Assembly (NCBI GenBank): GCA_042408595.1
Contig: JBHOQX010000107.1
Coordinates: 36,432-100,431, forward strand
Origin: Roseiflexaceae bacterium
GTDB lineage: Bacteria > Chloroflexota > Chloroflexia > Chloroflexales > Roseiflexaceae
Reading direction: 5' to 3'
Length of the DNA: 64,000 bases
The notes beneath the pieces are model-generated. The model was given only the letters and a program-made list of their open reading frames with translations. It did no database searches and was not told the DNA's origin. Position numbers and translations under genes: made by a program. Each line of letters starts with the position of its first letter. Position 1 is the first letter of the stretch. Shown here one piece after another: positions 1 to 9,961 of this stretch.

Positions 1-10
1 TCGGAGCGCC

Positions 11-2122
11 CTACCCCGCCGGTTTGCGCGCCTTCACCACGATATTCACGAATGTGCGCTCGTCGCCGCGCAGCCGCTCGTTCGGCGCATCGGCCAGGCG
101 GAACAGCCGGACGCCCAGGTTGATCGGGTTCAGCAGGCTGCCGCTGTTGCGCTCGCCGCGGAAACGGTCCGCCGAGTCGCGCAGCCGCTCCGGCAGCAGG
201 TTTTTCTCGATCAGCGGCTTGCCGATGCTGTAGACGATCAGGTGGATGAAGGGAAAGGCGTAGTGCGTCTGCTCCTCCAGCGCCTCGATCTCGAAGCCGG
301 CGGTTGCGATCACATCGCGCAAGTCGCCGGGGCGGTAGAGGCGCCAGTGGTTGCTCCACAGCCCGGTGATCGGGCCGGCGCTGCGGATCGGCCGCGCCCC
401 GATCGCCTCCAGCGTTTTGTTGATCGGGTCCCACAGGAACGGATAGTCGGCGTGGGGGACGCTCAGCGCCAGCGTGCCGCCCGGCTTCAACACCCGGAAC
501 ACTTCGCGGATCGCCTGGCGGTCATCGGCGATGTGCTCCAGCACCTCGGTCATCAGGACTTTGTCGAAGGCGCCGCTGCCGAACGGCAGGCGCTGGATGT
601 CCACACTTGCCAGGCGTGCCTCCACCCCCTCGCGCCTGGCCCATTCCAGCCGCGCGACATCCCCATCGACGCCGACCAGCCGGACATCCCGCAGGCGGCG
701 CATCATCATCAGGTAGACGCCCATGCCGCAGCCGCAGTCGAGCACCGTCTCGCCGTCGTGCAGGTCGAGGAAGTCCATCAGCGTGATCGCGCGGCGGCGG
801 AAGGCCATGTCGGCTTCGTTCTGAAGCAGCCGCTCTAGCGTCGCCCGGTCTTCAGCGGAGAGGTTGATGCGCGCAGTGGCGGGCGCGGCGGGCGGCGCGG
901 CCGAGGCGAGCAGCGGGGCGCCCGCGCTCACCGCCCCGAGCGCGAACTGCGCCCGTGGGCGGGCCGTGTCCCCGCTGCGCATCTGGCGGGCCGCCAGCAC
1001 CCGCTCCATCAGCGCCTCGTACTCATCGAGCGAGCGGCGGACGCTGAAGATCGCCTGGACATCCGCACGCTGCGGGCGCGGCGTTGGGGCGCGGAGTTGC
1101 GCCACGATCCCTTCCGCCAGCGCCACCGGGTCGCGTGGGGCGACGAGCCGGCCCATCCCAGTCACCTGGACGACCTCGCGCGCGCCGGGGATGTCGGTTG
1201 TCACCAGCGGCGCGCCGCTGAGCAGCGCTTCGATCTGGACGCTGGGAAAGCAGTCCGTGCGTGACGGGAGCGCGAAGACATCGCACAGGGCGTAGAAGTT
1301 CGCCATCTGCTGCGCGTTGAGAATCAGGCCGAGGGCGGTGATCTCGTCCTGGTGCTGCTCCAGCAGCGGGCGGCAGCGCGCGAAAAAGTTCTCGTAGACG
1401 ACGTTGATCTCGCCGGCGTAGATGAAATGCGCCTCGGGGACCTGCGCGCGCACCAGCGGCACGGCCTGGAGCAGGTAATCGAAGCCCTTTTCCTCCACGA
1501 AGCGCCCGGCGAAGCCGATCAGCTTCTTGCCTTCCAGCCCAAGCTCGCGGCGCCATGCGGCGACGGCCTCCGGCTGCGGCGGCGGCAGATCGGCGGGCGG
1601 GTAGATCGCCGCCAGCCGCCCGCGCAACGGCGCGAGGAAGCGCGAGTGCCGCCCGTAATCCGCGCTGTGGACCACCACCTGGTCGGCCAGGCGCATCCCG
1701 GCGGCCATGGTCGAATCCATCGCCCGCTGGATGAGCGCGTTCGTGAAGCCCGCCGGCATCACGACGTCGCCCTGGTGGGTGATGACCGAGGCGCGGCCAA
1801 GGGCCCGGGCCAGCGCCACCACCAGCAGCGTCTCGGGCATGGGCGTGTGGATGTGGACGAGATCGTGCGCGCGCAGCAGCCGCGCCAGCGTCGCCGGGTA
1901 GCCCGGCATCACCACCGTGCGGCTCACACGCGCGACATACGGCACCCGCACCACGCGCACGCCGTTGATGATCTCCTCAGCCGGCAGCTCGCGATGGTGC
2001 TGCGACGCCAGCACGGTGACGGTATGGCCGCGCGCCGCCAGCCCTTCGGCGAGGCGCTTGGCATAGGCGGTGAGGCCGGTCCAGTGCGGGTGATAGAACG
2101 TCAGTGTTACCAGAATCTTCAT
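11..2122 (-). CDS. Bifunctional glycosyltransferase family 1 (GT4) fused to a C-terminal class I SAM-dependent methyltransferase
   Basis: The N-terminal ~400 aa has the GT4 fold signature (EX7E-like C-terminal half, FAGRFVEEKGFDYL). The C-terminal ~290 aa carries methyltransferase motif I (VLDCGCGMG) and post-I/II motifs (VLMTEVLEHI, LKPGGTLAL). Confidence 0.8.
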   Translation of the reverse strand: MKILVTLTFYHPHWTGLTAYAKRLAEGLAARGHTVTVLASQHHRELPAEEIINGVRVVRVPYVARVSRTVVMPGYPATLARLLRAHDLVHIHTPMPETLLVVALARALGRASVITHQGDVVMPAGFTNALIQRAMDSTMAAGMRLADQVVVHSADYGRHSRFLAPLRGRLAAIYPPADLPPPQPEAVAAWRRELGLEGKKLIGFAGRFVEEKGFDYLLQAVPLVRAQVPEAHFIYAGEINVVYENFFARCRPLLEQHQDEITALGLILNAQQMANFYALCDVFALPSRTDCFPSVQIEALLSGAPLVTTDIPGAREVVQVTGMGRLVAPRDPVALAEGIVAQLRAPTPRPQRADVQAIFSVRRSLDEYEALMERVLAARQMRSGDTARPRAQFALGAVSAGAPLLASAAPPAAPATARINLSAEDRATLERLLQNEADMAFRRRAITLMDFLDLHDGETVLDCGCGMGVYLMMMRRLRDVRLVGVDGDVARLEWARREGVEARLASVDIQRLPFGSGAFDKVLMTEVLEHIADDRQAIREVFRVLKPGGTLALSVPHADYPFLWDPINKTLEAIGARPIRSAGPITGLWSNHWRLYRPGDLRDVIATAGFEIEALEEQTHYAFPFIHLIVYSIGKPLIEKNLLPERLRDSADRFRGERNSGSLLNPINLGVRLFRLADAPNERLRGDERTFVNIVVKARKPAG

Positions 2123-2155
2123 GCGAGTCCTTTGGGGCGGGCGGGCGCGCCGGCC

Positions 2156-2926
2156 TCACCCGCTCGCCTCCGCACGCTTCGTCGCACGCACGACCAGCGT
2201 TGTGCCGAGTGGAACGCGAGAGAAGAGATTGTCGCATTTGAGCGCGGCGTAGAACAGGGCGACGGCCAGCCGCCGCGCGGGGCTCGGCTCGCGCCAGAAC
2301 GCCTGCGACTGGCTGGCATGCGAGCGGCGGGCCAGCCGCAGCAGTGTGGTGTACGCCCAGACGACGCCGCGCATGCTGGGAAAGCCAAGCCAGCGCACCG
2401 TGATGTCGGTGTACCCGCCGTAGAATTCGGCCAGCAGTTCGGCATTGCGGAAGCGGCGCAGGTGGCCGGCGTAGCTGTCGAGCACGGAGAACTGGCGCGG
2501 ATCGCGCGGGACGCTGACGACCAGCGTGCCGCCGGGGCGGAGCAACTCGCCGGCGCGCGCCAGCAGCTCGCGCCATGGGCCGACATGCTCGAGCACTTCT
2601 GTGCAGACGACCACATCGTAGCCACCGGCCGCGATCGGGAGCGCCGGGTCGTAGGCATCGCCGGCGAACAGCCGGGCGTTGAGGCCACGTCGCGCCAGGA
2701 TGCGGCGGCCAAGCTCGATCACCCGCGCTTCGACATCCACGCCATCGACCTCGAACCCGGCCCGCACAAGCTCCGCCACCAGCCGGCCGCTGCCGCAGCC
2801 GAGGTCGAGCGCGCGGCCGGAGCGCCCGCGCAGCAGCCCGAGCACCACGTCGCTCAAATTGCGCAGCGCCGGGTCGGTCCATTGCCAGCGCTCGATCAGC
2901 GTGTCGTCCTGGGAGTAGACCTGCAT
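2156..2926 (-). CDS. Class I SAM-dependent methyltransferase
   Basis: Motif I LDLGCGSGRL, VVVCTEVLEHV, LRPGGTLVVSVP. It lies adjacent to and co-directional with the GT4-MTase fusion. Confidence 0.8.
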   Translation of the reverse strand: MQVYSQDDTLIERWQWTDPALRNLSDVVLGLLRGRSGRALDLGCGSGRLVAELVRAGFEVDGVDVEARVIELGRRILARRGLNARLFAGDAYDPALPIAAGGYDVVVCTEVLEHVGPWRELLARAGELLRPGGTLVVSVPRDPRQFSVLDSYAGHLRRFRNAELLAEFYGGYTDITVRWLGFPSMRGVVWAYTTLLRLARRSHASQSQAFWREPSPARRLAVALFYAALKCDNLFSRVPLGTTLVVRATKRAEASG

Positions 2927-3052
2927 GTGCCCGTTGCCCGCCCCGTACGAAGGCCTGCCCCTACTGTCTGCTTGCGTGCCGTGCTATTATAGCCGCTGAA
3001 CCAGATCAGGACAAAAACACCCCACGGGCACAGCACCAGGAGCACTTGCCGG

Positions 3053-4657
3053 ATGACCAAACCGACCCTCCCTGACGGCATACTGGCCGGCGCTCCGACC
3101 GGCGCGGGCCATTTCAAGGCCGCAGCGACTCACGACGGACGCCATCGGGCCGACATCCTCAGCCCTGCCTCCGACCAGTTCAACCGCGCCCTCGAGCGGG
3201 CGAGCAACGCACCGCTGCGCCATGGCAACCGCCTGACACTGCTGCGAAACGGCCCGGCGACCTACGACGACTGGCTGGCGGCGATCGCAGGCGCCGAGCG
3301 ATTTATCCACCTGGAAAACTATATCTTTCAGGACGACGCCACCGGCCGGCGGTTCGCCGATGCGCTCGCAGCCAAAGCGGCCGATGGCGTGCCGGTGCGC
3401 GTCCTGGTCGATTGGTTCGGCTCGTGCGATGTGCCGCTGTCGTTCTGGCGGCGGCTGCGCGGCGCCGGCGTCGATCTGCGGATTTTCAACCCGCCCGGTT
3501 TCAGCGATCCGCTCAAGGTCGTGCAGCGCGACCATCGCAAGATGATCGGTGTGGACGGCTGCTATGCATCGGTTGGGGGCGTCTGCATCGCCGATCCATG
3601 GATGGATACCTCGCCGGTGACCGGCCTGCCGTATCGTGATACGGCGGTCGCCGTGCAGGGGCCGGCGGTCGTCGACCTGGAGCGGGCCTTCGCCAGCATC
3701 TGGCAGCTCAGCGGCCCGCGGCTGCCGCCCGAGGAGCTCTTGCATGCCGGCGCGGTCCTGCCGGCCGGCGATGTCGCGGCGCGGGTGATCATCCAGGAGC
3801 CGGGACGGATGCGCATGCTGCGGGTGTTGCAGCTGCTGCTGGCCGGTGTGCAGGAGCGAATCTGGATCGCGGATGCCTACTTCCTCGTCTCGGCGATTGT
3901 GCGCGAGGCGTTGATCGCTGCGGCGCGCGACGGAGTGGACGTGCGCATCCTGCTGCCGGCCAGCAACGACCTGCCGCTGGTCGGCGTGATGTCGCGCTAC
4001 GGCTACCGGCCGCTGCTCGAGGCTGGCGTGCGCATCTGGGAGTACACCGGGCTGATGATGCATGCCAAGACGACCGTGGCCGACGGCTGGTGGTCGCGGA
4101 TCGGCTCGACCAACCTTAACCCGACCGGGCTGCTGACGAACTGGGAGATCGACCTGGTTGCCGAGGACCGCACATTTGGCGCGGCCATGGAGGCGATGTA
4201 CCTGGATGATCTGGCGCATGCGCGGGAGATCAAGCTGCGCGGGGTGCGCCGGCTGCGCCCTCGCCCGGAGCGCCCGGAGAGTCGGGCCGAGCGCCGCGCC
4301 CGCCGCCACCGGACCAAGCGCAGCGTGCGGGTGAGTGTGATGGCGGCCCGGGTCGGCGCCGCGCTCGCCGCCGCCGGCGACGATGTGGTCAGCCGGAATG
4401 AGTGGGCCGTCGGCACAGCGATGAGCAGCGGGCTGCTCAGCCTGTCGCTGCTGGCGTTCCGCTTCCCACGCGCCCTGGCATGGCCGCTCGCACTGGTCGG
4501 AGCGCTACTCGGCACGCTGGGGCTCCTGCGGCAGATCCGCCCGCCTGGGGGGCACCAGTTCTCGCGCGCTCGCCGGGCCGAGCTCTTCCGCCAACAACTG
4601 CAGCGCATCCGTGAGGGGCAGTTGCGCCGCGCCCGCCGCCGGCGGCTGCCGGTGTGA
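3053..4657 (+). CDS. Phospholipase D family protein, cardiolipin synthase-like, with a C-terminal membrane/basic tail
   Basis: Two HKD motifs (HRKMIGVDG and HAKTTVADGWWSRIGSTNLN). The C-terminal segment is hydrophobic and Arg-rich. Confidence 0.75.
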   Translation: MTKPTLPDGILAGAPTGAGHFKAAATHDGRHRADILSPASDQFNRALERASNAPLRHGNRLTLLRNGPATYDDWLAAIAGAERFIHLENYIFQDDATGRRFADALAAKAADGVPVRVLVDWFGSCDVPLSFWRRLRGAGVDLRIFNPPGFSDPLKVVQRDHRKMIGVDGCYASVGGVCIADPWMDTSPVTGLPYRDTAVAVQGPAVVDLERAFASIWQLSGPRLPPEELLHAGAVLPAGDVAARVIIQEPGRMRMLRVLQLLLAGVQERIWIADAYFLVSAIVREALIAAARDGVDVRILLPASNDLPLVGVMSRYGYRPLLEAGVRIWEYTGLMMHAKTTVADGWWSRIGSTNLNPTGLLTNWEIDLVAEDRTFGAAMEAMYLDDLAHAREIKLRGVRRLRPRPERPESRAERRARRHRTKRSVRVSVMAARVGAALAAAGDDVVSRNEWAVGTAMSSGLLSLSLLAFRFPRALAWPLALVGALLGTLGLLRQIRPPGGHQFSRARRAELFRQQLQRIREGQLRRARRRRLPV

Positions 4658-4764
4658 CCCCACGGCGGACGGCGGCATGCTCTTCCGGATAGAGGATGAG
4701 CGCCGGAAGAAGGCTTTCTCAGTTGCAACACGGGCATCGTCTTCCGTCGTTGGCGGTCTGCCGC

Positions 4765-5421
4765 CTACCACCCACCATCCACCAGGATGCTGGTCCGACT
4801 GGCCGCCCTGCGCAGCCGGGCGATCAAGACAACCAGCCCGGTGAAGAGCAGCGCGCCGGCGGCGATCCCTAGGCAGGTGAGCGCCACGCCGCTGTACCCA
4901 CCGGATTGCCGTGGATCGAGGAACGGGTAGGGGTACCAGCCGACCAGCGCGCCACGCACCAGCGCATAGGCCAGCCAGACGATCGGGTAGAGCAGCCAGA
5001 TGAGCCCCCACTGAAAGGGAAGGGGGACGTGCGGCGGGTCGATCAACCAGTCCGCCAGCACAGCTAACGGCATAATGCGGTGCAGCACCGTGTCCACCCA
5101 TGGCACGGTCATCTGCAGCTGCTCCTGCAGATCGGAGAGCAGCAGCGCGAAGACGACGAACGTAACGCTGAGATACAATACCGCCGCGCCGCGGATAAGC
5201 GCCACTGCCAGCGGCGGGCGGCGCGACGGGTCAAGCGTTGCGCCCCACAGCAGCACGGCCGCGCCGTACAGGTTGCTCTGGACGGTAAAAAAGCTGAAGA
5301 AGTTGACCGGGTTGAATCCCGGCACACCGGTGCGCAGCCAGAGCTGGTAGCCGATGGCGATGAGGGTGAGAAACGCAAAGGCGGCCCGGTAGGCGCGGAC
5401 CCAGCCCGCTGCTCGTTTCAT
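4765..5421 (-). CDS. Polytopic membrane protein, possibly Pr6Pr-like family
   Basis: The ORF-track entry 4765..6225 is over-extended. An ATG at 5421 gives MKRAAGW... with 5-6 predicted TM helices (FTVQSNLYGAAVLLWGA). Confidence 0.6.
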   Translation of the reverse strand: MKRAAGWVRAYRAAFAFLTLIAIGYQLWLRTGVPGFNPVNFFSFFTVQSNLYGAAVLLWGATLDPSRRPPLAVALIRGAAVLYLSVTFVVFALLLSDLQEQLQMTVPWVDTVLHRIMPLAVLADWLIDPPHVPLPFQWGLIWLLYPIVWLAYALVRGALVGWYPYPFLDPRQSGGYSGVALTCLGIAAGALLFTGLVVLIARLRRAASRTSILVDGGW

Positions 5422-5496
5422 CGCATGGCTCCTTTCTGTGCGGCGGCCTACCCGTAGTGTACCACAACGCGTTCCATGGCCTGATGTGAGCCTTCT

Positions 5497-7449
5497 ATGC
5501 AGCAACTGATCCTCGCCGATATCGCCGGGCCGTTTTACGACCTGGACCTGCCCTTTCGCAACTGGTCGTCGCTGCCGTTCACGCAGCTCGACCTGGCGCA
5601 CCCGCCCTATGTCGATGCGGCGCGTCTTGACGCGGCGGTGATGCGCGCCATCGCGCATCTCGCCCGGCTTCAGGCGCAGGGCTATACCGGGATCGTGCTC
5701 GACAACCTGGCCCATCTCACCGGGTTTGAAGCGGCTGGCGGCGCGATTTACCCGCCAGGCTGCCCCGAGCGCCTGCGGGTGGCCTGCTACCGCGCCGCCT
5801 TCGGTCGGCTGTTCGCGGCGGCAGAGGCGCGCGGCATGGCGGTTTTCATCACGACCGATATGCAATGGAGCACCGCCCCGTTGCGGCGCTACGTCGGGCA
5901 GCTGGCGGCGGACAACCCGCGCTTGGCGGAGGCGAACCGGCGTGCGCTCGCCGAGCTGTTCGCGGCCTTCCCGCAGGTGCGCGGTATCGTGGTGCGCGTC
6001 GGCGAAGCCGGCGGGGCGCACAACGCCGGGGGCTACGATGGGCACATGCTCTATCGCAGCGTCGCCGCGCTGCGCGCCCTGATCGACACGTTGCTGCCGG
6101 TCTGCGCGCAGTACGGCCGGCTGCTGGTGGTGCGCACGTGGAGCATCGGCGTCGGCGAGTTGGGCGATCTGCTCTGGTCGCCGGCGCGCTATCACGCCGT
6201 GTTCGGCGGCTACAGTTCGCCGCACCTACTGGCGTCGGTCAAACACGGGCCGGCAGATTTCTTCCGCCTGCTGCCGCCCAATCCGACGATCGGGCTGGCG
6301 GGGCCGCGCCAGATCATCGAGCTGCAAAACCGACGCGAGTACGAGTTGTTCGGCATGGCGCCGAGCGGGGTCGCGGCGTTGCACGGCGCGGCCATCCGTC
6401 ATGCGGCAGCAACTGGCGCCGCCGGTGTCTGGGCCTGGAATGCGACCGGCGGCTGGGGCGGCGGAACGGCGACGCTTGGCCCGGACGGTTGGAACGTGTG
6501 GACGGAGCTGAGCAGCGCGCTGACCGCCGCGCTCGCCCAGTCCCCCGCTCTGGACCCGGCGGCGTTCGTGCGGGACTGGTGCGCGGCCCGGCTCGGGGGT
6601 GCGCTCGGCGCGGCAGCGGCGGCGCTCTATCTCGATTCGGAGCAGCTTTGGGAACGTGGCTGGTACATGGGGCCGCTCGTCGGCGCGGCGGCGCTGCGCG
6701 GCATACGCATCCCGCCGCTTCTCTGGGTCTGGTGGATGCGCCCGACCGCCGCGCCGCTATGCTGGGCCTATCTCGCGGCGGCGGTGGCGAGCCCAGAGCG
6801 TGCCCTGCGCGACAGCCGCGTGGCGGTGGCGCAGGCGGCGCGGCACGCGGCGGCGCTGGCACGGCTGGCGGCCGATGGCGGGCCGGAGGCGGCGTTCATG
6901 GCCGAGAGCGCCCGCTATTTCTGGGATGCGCTGGCCGTTGCCTACGCCATTCGCGCTGTGATGCTGCCGGCCTTCGCCGCAGCGGCGCGCGGGGAAGTAG
7001 CGGGCTGGCGGCGCGCGGCGCGGGGAGCTGCCGCGGCGCGCGCTGGCCTGCGGCAGCATCGCGAGACCTGGGACGGCCGGCGCGATTTTCCGGCGCTGGA
7101 GCTGGACGAAATCGACGCCTTTCTGGCCTCGCTGGAGCGCATGCCGGAGGTGCGCTGGCTTCAGGCGCGAGCCGCCTGCGAGATGGTAGCGCACCTGCGG
7201 GCAGGCGGGCGGGCGAGGACCGCCCTTTACGCCGGTGGTACGGCCGGGGCAGTCATGGTCGCGCTCGCACTGGCCCGCCTCAGGCGCACCCCCGTCGGTG
7301 TGGCTGGCGCGCTCACCCCGCTCCTGCTGGCCGCGCCGCCGGTGCGGCGGCAGGCGCTGCGCGCCGGCCTGCCCTGGCTCAACCGCCGGCTCTTTCTGCT
7401 GCCGTCGATCTTCTTCGAAACCGGCCCGTCGCTGACGGAATGGGCGTGA
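5497..7449 (+). CDS. Hypothetical 650-aa protein, possibly a glycoside-hydrolase-like TIM-barrel
   Basis: Long ORF with coding-like composition and no frame conflicts in its N-terminal half. The C-terminal half is Ala/Arg-rich. No confident motif match. Confidence 0.55.
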   Translation: MQQLILADIAGPFYDLDLPFRNWSSLPFTQLDLAHPPYVDAARLDAAVMRAIAHLARLQAQGYTGIVLDNLAHLTGFEAAGGAIYPPGCPERLRVACYRAAFGRLFAAAEARGMAVFITTDMQWSTAPLRRYVGQLAADNPRLAEANRRALAELFAAFPQVRGIVVRVGEAGGAHNAGGYDGHMLYRSVAALRALIDTLLPVCAQYGRLLVVRTWSIGVGELGDLLWSPARYHAVFGGYSSPHLLASVKHGPADFFRLLPPNPTIGLAGPRQIIELQNRREYELFGMAPSGVAALHGAAIRHAAATGAAGVWAWNATGGWGGGTATLGPDGWNVWTELSSALTAALAQSPALDPAAFVRDWCAARLGGALGAAAAALYLDSEQLWERGWYMGPLVGAAALRGIRIPPLLWVWWMRPTAAPLCWAYLAAAVASPERALRDSRVAVAQAARHAAALARLAADGGPEAAFMAESARYFWDALAVAYAIRAVMLPAFAAAARGEVAGWRRAARGAAAARAGLRQHRETWDGRRDFPALELDEIDAFLASLERMPEVRWLQARAACEMVAHLRAGGRARTALYAGGTAGAVMVALALARLRRTPVGVAGALTPLLLAAPPVRRQALRAGLPWLNRRLFLLPSIFFETGPSLTEWA

Positions 7450-7480
7450 GCCAGGCACGCCGGGTGCCGCCGACGGCGGG

Positions 7481-8212
7481 CTACGCGCTTCGCATCCGCT
7501 CACGCCGCAGGCCGCGCCGCCAAAACGCGCGCCATTCGCGGCGGATCACCAGTCCGGTCACAATGGCTGTCTGGGCGAAGCCCCAGGCGCGCCCGGCCGC
7601 CTCGGTGCGGCGCGCCAACAGCGCGGCGCGCAGGTCATCGGCGGTCGTGCCGGGGAAGCTGGTCACGCCGGTGCCGATCGTCGCGAGGTGGTGTGCGTCG
7701 CTCCCCCCGACCGCCGCCAGGTGCAACGCTCGGGCGTCCGCCGCGGCGAGCGCGTTCATCCGCGGCGACCAGAGGCTGGCGTTGAAGGTTTCGACCGCGT
7801 CCAGCGGCCATTCCGGCACCGGCCCGGACGCGCGCTGTCGCAGGCCACTCCGCCCGAGCGACGGTACCATCCAGTCGTACGGGTGCGCCGCGATGCATAT
7901 CCCACCCTGGGCGTGGGCCGCAGCGATCGTCTCCGCCGCTGGCCGGCCGGGCGGTAGCGCCCGCTCAATGAACAGGACGAGCAGGTGCCCGTCCGCCGTC
8001 GAGACTTCCTCGCCGATGATGACGTCGATGCCGTAGGCGGGGGCAAGCCGGCGCGCCGCGAGCGCCCCGTCGATGGTGTCGTGGTCGGTGATCGCGATCA
8101 GGCGCAGGCTGGTGTGCTGCGCCACGTGGGCCAACACTTCCTCAGGCGTATTGTGGCCGTCGCTCCAGGTGGTGTGAAGGTGGAGGTCGGCGCTGCTCCA
8201 GACCTGGGTCAC
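7481..8212 (-). CDS. PHP-domain metal-dependent phosphoesterase
   Basis: N-terminal DLHLHTTWSDGH and ITDHDTIDG, typical PHP / histidinol-phosphatase-like motifs. Confidence 0.75.
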   Translation of the reverse strand: MTQVWSSADLHLHTTWSDGHNTPEEVLAHVAQHTSLRLIAITDHDTIDGALAARRLAPAYGIDVIIGEEVSTADGHLLVLFIERALPPGRPAAETIAAAHAQGGICIAAHPYDWMVPSLGRSGLRQRASGPVPEWPLDAVETFNASLWSPRMNALAAADARALHLAAVGGSDAHHLATIGTGVTSFPGTTADDLRAALLARRTEAAGRAWGFAQTAIVTGLVIRREWRAFWRRGLRRERMRSA

Positions 8213-8376
8213 GGGTGTGTCTCCTTGTCAAGCAGGTGGCGGATGGCGAACGATGCCTGGCCCAGAGACCGGGAGAGGACGAGCGGGAGAACAAGCCTGC
8301 CTCCCGGCCTCCCTCCCTGAAACCGTCATCCGTCGTCGTTCGTCCAGCGGCCGTTGCCAGGCGATAGGGCTGTCGC

Positions 8377-9531
8377 TCACCGCCCCACCGCCCCGACCAG
8401 CCGGGCACGGGCGCGGGCGCGAACGTGTGGTCGTATCACACGGGTGTAATGTTCAAGTAATGCATCGAGCACATGCGACCAGGTGCGTCGCTCGGCGGCG
8501 GCGCGGGCTGCCCGGCCCATCGCAGCGCGGCGCTCTGGCGCATCCAGCAACTCCCGGGCGGCGGCCCGCAGATCCGCCGGGCTTCCGGGCGCGAAGAACA
8601 GCCCGGTCTCACCCTCGCGTATCAGGTCGAGCGCGCCGCCAGCCCGCGCGGCGACCACCGGTAGGCCGGATGCCATCGCCTCCTGGATCACCTGGCCGAA
8701 GGTCTCGGTGGCCGACGGAAAGACGAACAGATCGGCGCTGGCGTAGGCCGTCGCCAGATCGTCGCCTTGCAGAAAGCCGGTGAAGGTCGCCGGCGCCCCT
8801 GCCAGCTCGCGCTCCAGCCCGGCGCGCGCCGGCCCATCGCCGACGATCACCAGCCGGGTGGCGGGCAGGCTGGCCAGCACCGCCAGCAGGTCGAGTCGCT
8901 TCTCGGCGGCCAGGCGCCCGGCGTACAGGATGAGCCGCTCGCCAGGGCGCGCGCCGACCGAGGCGCGCCATACCGCGCTGCGGCGTGCCGGATGGAAGCG
9001 GTCGGTATCCACCCCGCGCCCCCAGACACGCAGCCGGCGGAAGCCGTGGGCGCGCAGGTCGGCGAGGGTGGCGGACGACGGGCAGAGCGTGGCGGCGCAG
9101 GCGTTGTGGACGCGGCGCAGGTAGGCGTAGGCCAGTGAGCGCAGCGTGCCCAAGCCGTAATAGCTCGCGTACGCCGGCCAGTCGGTGTGATAGACGCCAA
9201 GGAGCGGCGCGCCGACCCGCATGCCGGCCGCAACTGCCGCCGGACCCAGCATGACCGGCCCGGCCAGATGGACGATATCCGGCCGGAAACGCCGCAGCCC
9301 CTCGAAGATGCGCGGCTGCGGCGGCGTGAGCTTCAGACCCGGGTAGAGCGGCAGCGGCCAGCCGCGCAGGCGCACGACCTCAGCCCCGGCGTAGCTCTCC
9401 GGCGCGTCGTACGGCGCAAATAAAAGCGCCGCGTGGTTGCGGCGCTGCAGGTGTTCGAGGAGACGGCAGAGGGTCGTCACGACCCCGTTCACGTCTGGCA
9501 GGAATGTCTCCGTGATCAGCGCGATTCGCAC
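8377..9531 (-). CDS. Glycosyltransferase family 1 (GT4)
   Basis: MRIALITETFLPDVNGV N-terminus. C-terminal GT4 core (LYAGRLAAEKRLDLL, FVFPSATETFGQVIQEAMASGLPVV). Confidence 0.8.
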   Translation of the reverse strand: MRIALITETFLPDVNGVVTTLCRLLEHLQRRNHAALLFAPYDAPESYAGAEVVRLRGWPLPLYPGLKLTPPQPRIFEGLRRFRPDIVHLAGPVMLGPAAVAAGMRVGAPLLGVYHTDWPAYASYYGLGTLRSLAYAYLRRVHNACAATLCPSSATLADLRAHGFRRLRVWGRGVDTDRFHPARRSAVWRASVGARPGERLILYAGRLAAEKRLDLLAVLASLPATRLVIVGDGPARAGLERELAGAPATFTGFLQGDDLATAYASADLFVFPSATETFGQVIQEAMASGLPVVAARAGGALDLIREGETGLFFAPGSPADLRAAARELLDAPERRAAMGRAARAAAERRTWSHVLDALLEHYTRVIRPHVRARARARLVGAVGR

Positions 9532-9961
9532 GGCGCACCTCCTCTGCGCAGGGCCTGTCTAGCGCATCATTGCACCTATCATCGCAGAGAAAGATGTAGT
9601 TTTCCCGATGATTGTGTTAAGTTCAGGCTAAATCTTTGCTAAATGCGCATGCTGGTGGCTGCGTGTTCTCGCGGCCGTCCTTCCTGCTACGTTCCCGTCG
9701 CGGGGGGATCTGTGCGCATGCCAGGCATCAGCATGGATTCCACCCATGGTTTTCTCCCTTGCGGGGGTAGGCTTTTACCTGTACCAGGCGCCAGTTCGAT
9801 CGCACCGCCGTCGGTTCCCTCTCTCCCGGGTTGGGAGACGGGGCAGCGATACGGACCGCGGGCGCTTGGCCACGTTGGCAGAGAAACCTCCCCTCCGTAA
9901 GTCACTCCCCAAGCGCATGGCCGATTGACACGCTCGCGCCACCCCGCTACAATCCCGTGCC

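Noticed and set aside
5865-8036. 723-aa plus-strand ORF
   Set aside because: It overlaps the 650-aa gene out of frame and runs antisense through the PHP gene. It has extreme Arg/Gly/Ala bias.
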